From the IMG/VR virus record IMGVR_UViG_2061766007_000025: a stretch of DNA of 64,000 nt; one strand, written 5' to 3'. Position 1 is the first letter of the stretch. Every line of letters begins with the position of its first letter. Both the position numbers and the translations under genes were made by a program. Origin of the DNA: an uncultured virus (IMG/VR IMGVR_UViG_2061766007_000025) (lineage: Duplodnaviria > Heunggongvirae > Uroviricota > Caudoviricetes). The notes beneath the pieces are model-generated. The model saw only the letters and a program-made list of their open reading frames with translations, was not told the origin of the DNA and did not search any database. Below are positions 60,001 through 64,000 of this stretch, in pieces.

Positions 60001-62813
60001 AAAAGAAGATCTTGAGCAGCTTTAGATTTAGCAATATACCCTATTCCAGCACCAACAGCAGCACCAAGTAATGGTCCTCCAAGCAAACCAGTTAATGCAG
60101 AAGTTCCGGCACCAATTAAAGCACCAGCACCTATACCACCAGTAGTTTCTTTAAACTCTGATTGTAATTTCTTCATTACATCAGAAGTAGCTTTTTTATC
60201 TTTCTTAGGATCTCCAAAGAAATTCATTACAGCTGCAGCAACTCTCTTTGCTCCATCTTTAATACTTCCTCCAATGAGTCCTAATAATGAATCAGGTCGT
60301 ATCTTTAACGTGACCCCGGGGCCATCATCATCAGATTTTGATCCAGATTTAGAATCATCTGATGATAATGTTTCAGATTCTCTACCTACAGATCCAGTAC
60401 CTTTATAAAATGCTCCATAAAACTGATTAATAGCTTTTCTTTCTTTTCTATTTTCTTCACGTTTATTAACATGACCATGATAGAAAGGATTAAACTCTGC
60501 AGGAATAATTAGTTCTCCAGCAGATACAGCAGCTATACCAGTTCTAGTTATTTTTCTACCTCTATAAGCTTGTTGCGGTTCTATATCTAAACCAACAAAA
60601 GAAGCAAGTGATCTACCAATATCTTTAAATGTATTTTTAGTCTTTTGCTTTGCATCTTTGAAGAAATCTCCAGCAGAGGTGCCACCAAATAATCTATCAA
60701 AAGTATCTTTAAATCTATCTCTTAAATCTCCAAACATTTTAGAAAAATTAGATTTTATATTTTCCTTTAAAGTATCAAGTACACCATTCTTTCCGAATAA
60801 TACACCATTCATAGATTTACTAAGATTATCTAATAAATTAGCAGCTGCTTTAAATGGTACATCAAATAAACCGGCTAATGCCTTAGGAATCTTAAATAAT
60901 CTTTGAAGTTTTCCTTTGATACCTTTAGCTTCTTTAGAAAGTTCACTCTCTTCTTCAGAATCATCATTAAGAACAGAATTAATGTAATCATTATCTATAT
61001 CAGATCTTCTATCAGCTGCAGATGTAGCACCAATAATTTTATCTTCAGCTGCTGAAGCTTTTGATGATGGACTAACATTAGATTTATTCTTCTTTTTAAC
61101 TTTAGTAACTTTTTTACCTCTAGAATATGTAGTAGTAAATTCTACTTCAACATTTGTAGACATAGAATTAAGGTCATCAAGATAGCCTAAAGGTGACATT
61201 CCTTCAGCTTCCATACTTCTATATCTATCACCCATAGCATTTCTTTCTCGATCTCTATCAATTAAATACCCATTAGCATATCCTTCAATAATAGCTTTTT
61301 CAAAAGCTTGTCTTACATTAGGATCTAAGTCATATTTATCGAGATCTTTAAGAGAAGGAACTCTATCACCTCTAAATAATTCTACAAATGCTTTCTTTGC
61401 TTGGTCTTGTTGTCTCTTAGTAGATAATCTACCAATTACATTTGTTCTAAATTCACCGCCAGCTCTAGTTGCAGCATTTTCTATTTCTGCAGTTTGTAAT
61501 GCTTGAAGTGTCTTCTTTGCATTTCTTATAACTACACCTTTGTTATAGTCATATCTAGAAGGTGCTGTATGTGTAATTGCTGCATAAATATCAAATAATA
61601 CATTAGGTATTACTGTAGTTAATACTCTTCTAGCGACACCATCCCAAGGTACAGGACCCTTATCATATTTAGAATTATTTATTTTATCTTTATAATTATC
61701 TTTAGGTAAAAATAATCCAGCTATTTCTCCAAACAGACCGCCTTTATCTTTAGCAGCTTGTCTAGCTCTAACTAATAAACCGCCAAACAGCTTACCTAAT
61801 TCTTTATTGAAGTTTTCCATAGATTTTCCAAGACCGGTTTTATCTACGTAACCTCTAAACATAGAAGTCATAATAATCTGTAATGGTGATATATTTTTTA
61901 ACATGTTTTTGATTCCACCACCTTGTTTGATGTAATCTCTTCCCATGTCATATAAATCTTTATAATCTTTAATATTATCCTTAATCATCTCTTTATATGC
62001 ACTAAGATTAAGCGCACCATTAGAGTCCAGGATACTATCAAGACCACCTTTACCATACTTAATATCTTTCTTGGATGGCGGTGTAGTATTCTTTACCAAT
62101 ATAGCAATATTCTTATCTATATTTTTAAGAGTCTCTGTAGTACTAGCAAAGAATTTAAATGAGTTCTGCATATGCTCTGTTAATGGTTTTCCTATAGCAG
62201 CAAAACCAGCAATAGAACTATTAACAGTAGCTAAAGCCTGTGTAACTTGACTAAATCCCTTTTGATTGAGATTATATAAAGCTCTACTAGATTCTCTTGA
62301 AGCAGAAACAATATAGTTAGCTGAAGCGGCAGTAGCTTCTGATACAGCACCTGCAACTTGCTTACCAACCATATCCATAGATAGAATAACAGATTTAGTA
62401 TTCTGCTGATCTGAATCTATTTGAGCTTGAGTATCAGAATCACCAAAGTCATCTTCACCCCAGTCGTCAAAATTAAGATCGAAGTCAAAATCCATTCCCA
62501 TAGCTTTAGCTAAGTCTGATGACATAGCTTCTTGTCTTTGTTTATTATACCATGTACCATGTTTGAGGTCATCTTTAATATTCTTCCAAAGAGTATTTAC
62601 TATGGACTTACTATTATCTCCATCAAGATTCTGCTCTGCTACAGATTTCTTATCATAGATAAAATCTTTTATAGCTTCATATCCAGATACTGATGCTTCT
62701 TTGGCAGTAGATGCCATAGAAGTAACAACTGGATTATATTCTTTGAATATATCTGAAGCTGTATAACCAAAAGATTTAGCTACATTTTTAAGGTATGTAA
62801 CAGCTGAAGCCAT
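54072..62813 (-). CDS. Tape-measure-like tail protein (2913 aa) with C-terminal C39-like peptidase, phage tail lysozyme and NlpC/P60 domains
   Basis: SQ.D..Y...GCGP...HYVL...DP; AGLMGNLYQES...GIAQW...FERAG; DCSSF...PGDL.FY...GHVE; G/A-rich helical body; late motif AACA-TCTATA-TAAT (62862-62875). Confidence 0.85.
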   Translation of the reverse strand: MASAVTYLKNVAKSFGYTASDIFKEYNPVVTSMASTAKEASVSGYEAIKDFIYDKKSVAEQNLDGDNSKSIVNTLWKNIKDDLKHGTWYNKQRQEAMSSDLAKAMGMDFDFDLNFDDWGEDDFGDSDTQAQIDSDQQNTKSVILSMDMVGKQVAGAVSEATAASANYIVSASRESSRALYNLNQKGFSQVTQALATVNSSIAGFAAIGKPLTEHMQNSFKFFASTTETLKNIDKNIAILVKNTTPPSKKDIKYGKGGLDSILDSNGALNLSAYKEMIKDNIKDYKDLYDMGRDYIKQGGGIKNMLKNISPLQIIMTSMFRGYVDKTGLGKSMENFNKELGKLFGGLLVRARQAAKDKGGLFGEIAGLFLPKDNYKDKINNSKYDKGPVPWDGVARRVLTTVIPNVLFDIYAAITHTAPSRYDYNKGVVIRNAKKTLQALQTAEIENAATRAGGEFRTNVIGRLSTKRQQDQAKKAFVELFRGDRVPSLKDLDKYDLDPNVRQAFEKAIIEGYANGYLIDRDRERNAMGDRYRSMEAEGMSPLGYLDDLNSMSTNVEVEFTTTYSRGKKVTKVKKKNKSNVSPSSKASAAEDKIIGATSAADRRSDIDNDYINSVLNDDSEEESELSKEAKGIKGKLQRLFKIPKALAGLFDVPFKAAANLLDNLSKSMNGVLFGKNGVLDTLKENIKSNFSKMFGDLRDRFKDTFDRLFGGTSAGDFFKDAKQKTKNTFKDIGRSLASFVGLDIEPQQAYRGRKITRTGIAAVSAGELIIPAEFNPFYHGHVNKREENRKERKAINQFYGAFYKGTGSVGRESETLSSDDSKSGSKSDDDGPGVTLKIRPDSLLGLIGGSIKDGAKRVAAAVMNFFGDPKKDKKATSDVMKKLQSEFKETTGGIGAGALIGAGTSALTGLLGGPLLGAAVGAGIGYIAKSKAAQDLLFGEMEVDKDGKPIGRKGGLISKDMSNFLTKNVPSMAKGGAVGTIGGVFMGSPILGAVLGSTVGYISSSESAKEFLFGKMEVDEKGNPTGRAGGLISKELQKSVKKAAPNMAIGGIIGMLTGSPFGILGGAVIGSAVGLLTSTDKFHKWFFGDPDDKSKKGLLPTLQEKLFGHLVELFANIGNALKGVGRKLLNDTKLLLSAAVGKLTDFAKKTASGNSLLGKGLRGAGRVANALTFGAVNKVGGLVKGIGTSVKRGNLRKGYDVYDKRAGRNLTAEERLGLRKEIGGRNGLGGTFGTFDQILAGVQSEEEMNQLIADLERAGNGSAESQRVLEALNKKGLKLNKNNLVSAIGLAKSERATRKLLSPEAASLQNLETMVSKIVSKITGEKIATTADGRMKSIFNSSAEDKAKYRTEYNQFTNSVVELRENSDGSVDVDNTDKETSNVTEKLNGFMGAVIGLPSLFNKIGGWFGGLFGKKKDEKGDKKETFLDKIKNFLFGSEGLTLKSLITNIAGPALGVALLAAGFAGKFDGLFKKLGEIIPALKGNETEGNSTLDDNRSMTVTLSDGSKREVQLDAKGNILKDANGNYIGIDGSTISKDQVSNYQSAGEDTRFSTLLKKNLVNGVMTGGGSVTSFVAKKAVNGVKNVVTAGGAKKLASEAAKDLATSPAMAKGVMATIKSLLDKIPAILSKIPFLPDSVKANADTIVNTLYNHLDDAVKGLSSKLDVIAKGLKTAFAVAQVVYIAGVGINAWGDAASILGITDKPTIGQRVIATLIAVVNALIPVIGNLIPNKVLVNIFMEIAPKIGIDVSELADQRARATEEVEAYNEANGTSYTIEEYNLAVKGNAGIISKAKHGIKSFMTHAKEKGIGSALSSTKIGQAVGNVVTGIKESKIGQGAIGLATQTAQLLKMAIKGDLTNLWGVRPEEDEDNPLTGVNKAICTVQKILLTPITLVSLLGHKIWDGLKALGTGIKNSFIAIGQNQIEIAKMTAAGDLEGLWSRQPEDNPDNPLNGIMKGINIVQSVFATPLTAVSWLGHKIWDGVKAVGTGIKNSFISIGTNEIEIKKKALEGDISGMWELEPEDNPDNPLNGMMKGIATFQKVYNTPLASMSWLGHKIWDGVKTLSEPIVKDQQTLNGSREVLAKYADEGDVGSIWNEQGPEFNSFMKGLYSFSFFTSKIGYTISALFKKLFGWIGDIWDKFKNSELVQKITNSEFFQNVKQSASDFGSGIKQAWNWVTGGGASGIGEHVSQYDTRYKDIPMSGSTFGEKGCGPAVASMAASAYGKDLPVKDAIKLSQKYQNNDGVSVDYFKEALGSRGIRTNYVKGAPEIVNQLASGHQVILLGSDAKNTSKARSPFGPSKHYVLARGFDKSGRIVVQDPESSKTMLYNPAILKSASLGIQAGGAGNYDTSNARQVWAYFKNQGYSNAAIAGLMGNLYQESHLDPAIIQGGGKGPAAGIAQWENYNTKESRWLALSQFAKARGKNWTDLNTQLAFLHEKDLPAQNYYFREGSRMSPAGASFTTVDQWKQSPNTEAGVEMATRQFEGGFERAGKPNMANRIKMAKEYYNLYSGSDVKFDPNYISPTSINDSTSSSGGEEKITFANLLSSIGGIFSKIFGALSGNSGSADSISGASLATGPITLGNAPKGKGNPMQKKLVQYARSIIGRDQYSQDGSLRGKVGQGYSDCSSFAQWVYKQGLNVDPGAYTGAQIKSNQLVAVDSGTVPNVANLEPGDLMFYKSNKPNGRDYNVGHVEVYSGENTTIGHGSGIGPQEQDLSGYVNWANTHGHNYIMSMRYKDIAKYNSGNPYADTDTYKTYQTLLNQYGTSSKNTKKVKATASTKKNYVSADNFSGGRSGIRRLRPSLRAMSGGASSLNRAMTGATTSMLNNIATNVSSNGSIPADLLQQLITAIIELLTAIANNTAPVEKIYTALSAYGEVATKKANTKQDVQKNVPEDVDSNIKALAGTLAALAKG
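56640..57290 (-). repeat. Three coding repeats with 234-bp (78-aa) spacing in the tail protein
   Basis: TCCCAAATCTTATGTCC at 56641, 56875 and 57109; GD..GLW...PED..DNPLNG...LGHKIWDG.K three times. Confidence 0.9.
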
Positions 62814-62886
62814 ATGGTTATTCTCCTTCCTTATATAGTTTAATAAAGAGAAAATATCTTAATTATATAGATGTTTCACGGATAAA

Positions 62887-62917
62887 AACCCTTAGGAGCT
62901 TACAACTCCTAAGGGTT
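62887..62917 (-). terminator. Terminator hairpin
   Basis: AACCCTTAGGAG-CTTACAA-CTCCTAAGGGTT with a U run on minus. Confidence 0.8.
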
Positions 62918-62921
62918 ATTT

Positions 62922-63749
62922 TTACACTACAATGTCTAAATGATTAACTAATTCTAATCCATCTTTTACATATTGAAACTGTGGAAATAACTTATAAAAT
63001 TGATATGGGCCGATACCAGAACCATAAATCTTATAATCTACTAATTCATATGTAAAATGTATAATAGAAGGATTAGTGTAGCAAGTAAGTAAGTTCTTCA
63101 TATATACAAATGTATCTGGTAATTGTTTTACTGTACCCTTAGCATCGCTTAAAGCGTACTGATCAGGATATGTATATCTATTCTTATTATATAAATATAA
63201 TGCTTTATCAAGAAATCCTGTTTCTTTCATTAGTTTTATATTCATCATCATTACACCAGATACCATTTCACCATCATCTACATCATTGTTAAATGCAGCA
63301 TAGTAATGAGTATTTTTATCATTCATACAATTATGATACATCTTATAGATATCACCACAACATGCAGTATCGCAATCTAAGTATAATAGATAATTTATAT
63401 GAGGTAATACTTTATCTACTATTAGTCTTAATCCAGCATACGGTGTAAACCCAGTTCCTTTATTTACACTATTATCAAGATATTTAAGATAATGATCATG
63501 CACATCTACAAATTCTATAGTAGAATTAGGTGATAAATACTTTACTATTTTCTTTAATAAACGCTGATGATCAGGAGTTATACCAACATATCTTACCCAT
63601 TTACCTTCAGAAGGATCTACTTCTACATCTATATCCATAGTAAATATATAGAAATGAATAGGTTCAGTATGATTATTGTATAATATAGAATATACAGCAA
63701 GATTTATACCATTTATAACTCCATCATTACCACAAAGAAGGATATTCAT
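62922..63749 (-). CDS. Glycosyltransferase family 8
   Basis: MNILLC.N..., YSIL, Y..LRL, YLDCD (DxD), SGVMMMN, PDQ.AL, IIHF. Confidence 0.85.
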   Translation of the reverse strand: MNILLCGNDGVINGINLAVYSILYNNHTEPIHFYIFTMDIDVEVDPSEGKWVRYVGITPDHQRLLKKIVKYLSPNSTIEFVDVHDHYLKYLDNSVNKGTGFTPYAGLRLIVDKVLPHINYLLYLDCDTACCGDIYKMYHNCMNDKNTHYYAAFNNDVDDGEMVSGVMMMNIKLMKETGFLDKALYLYNKNRYTYPDQYALSDAKGTVKQLPDTFVYMKNLLTCYTNPSIIHFTYELVDYKIYGSGIGPYQFYKLFPQFQYVKDGLELVNHLDIVV

Positions 63750-63751
63750 AA

Positions 63752-64000
63752 TTATTCACCTTCTTTTCTGTTTTTATCATTATACGCTTTAACCAGTATA
63801 TTAAATGTATCCTGACATTTATGAGGAACAAATTGCTCTGATTTATTAAAGATCACATAATCAAAGTTATATCTATTCAATTCATCTATTATGTCTTTGG
63901 GATAATGTATATAATTAACATAAGTTGAATCTTGACTATCAGCTGTATCAGGATTAGTATAAGCTCCATCTAATCTATTAGTGAAATACCATACTGCTTT
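63752..64000 (-). CDS. C-terminal part of a hypothetical protein running off the window
   Basis: Open frame KAVWYFTNRLDG...RKEGE* ending 2 nt before the GT8 start. Confidence 0.65.
   Translation of the reverse strand, partial: KAVWYFTNRLDGAYTNPDTADSQDSTYVNYIHYPKDIIDELNRYNFDYVIFNKSEQFVPHKCQDTFNILVKAYNDKNRKEGE

Noticed and set aside
174..60906. Short antisense or alternate-frame ORFs nested in long genes (for example 174..356, 2666..3193, 20953..21330, 40309..40743, 55091..55564, 58255..58752)
   Set aside because: Shadow ORFs without RBS, overlapping well-supported genes.
1..64000. Genome-wide TAG recoding (code 15)
   Set aside because: Long ORFs up to 2913 aa are intact in code 11 and TAG ends several well-packed genes (for example at 4379, 7591, 18726); only one internal TAG was seen.
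1..64000. tRNA/rRNA genes, integrase or transposase, reverse transcriptase, chimallin or PhuZ
   Set aside because: No recognisable motifs by eye; absence of divergent homologs cannot be excluded without HMM searches.

Overview
AT-rich, gene-dense segment of a jumbo myophage genome of the AR9/PBS1 (phiKZ-related) type; strong AGGAGG Shine-Dalgarno sites and a SleB-like gene suggest a Firmicute host. It carries a probable major capsid protein, a family of paralogous internal head proteins, baseplate genes, a 2913-aa tail protein ending in three peptidase/hydrolase domains, a GroEL-like chaperonin, primase, RusA, a ThyX-like protein and a GT8 glycosyltransferase. Three ORF-less group I introns, missed by the ORF track, interrupt the phage transcription machinery. 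Two split an RNA polymerase beta'-like gene, one of them inside the catalytic DYDG|D motif with an apparently non-canonical 5' splice site. The third splits a 529-aa gene in the position of the AR9 sigma-like subunit gp226. About 19 copies of an AR9-type late promoter (nACW-N6-TAAW), a second candidate early motif and a family of related terminator hairpins are visible. Two intergenic regions look like unannotated structured RNAs: a duplicated multi-stem unit at 34.2-34.6 kb and a pseudoknot-like leader at 11.26-11.43 kb. All protein calls come from motif recognition by eye; no database search or folding program was run. There are four N gaps.
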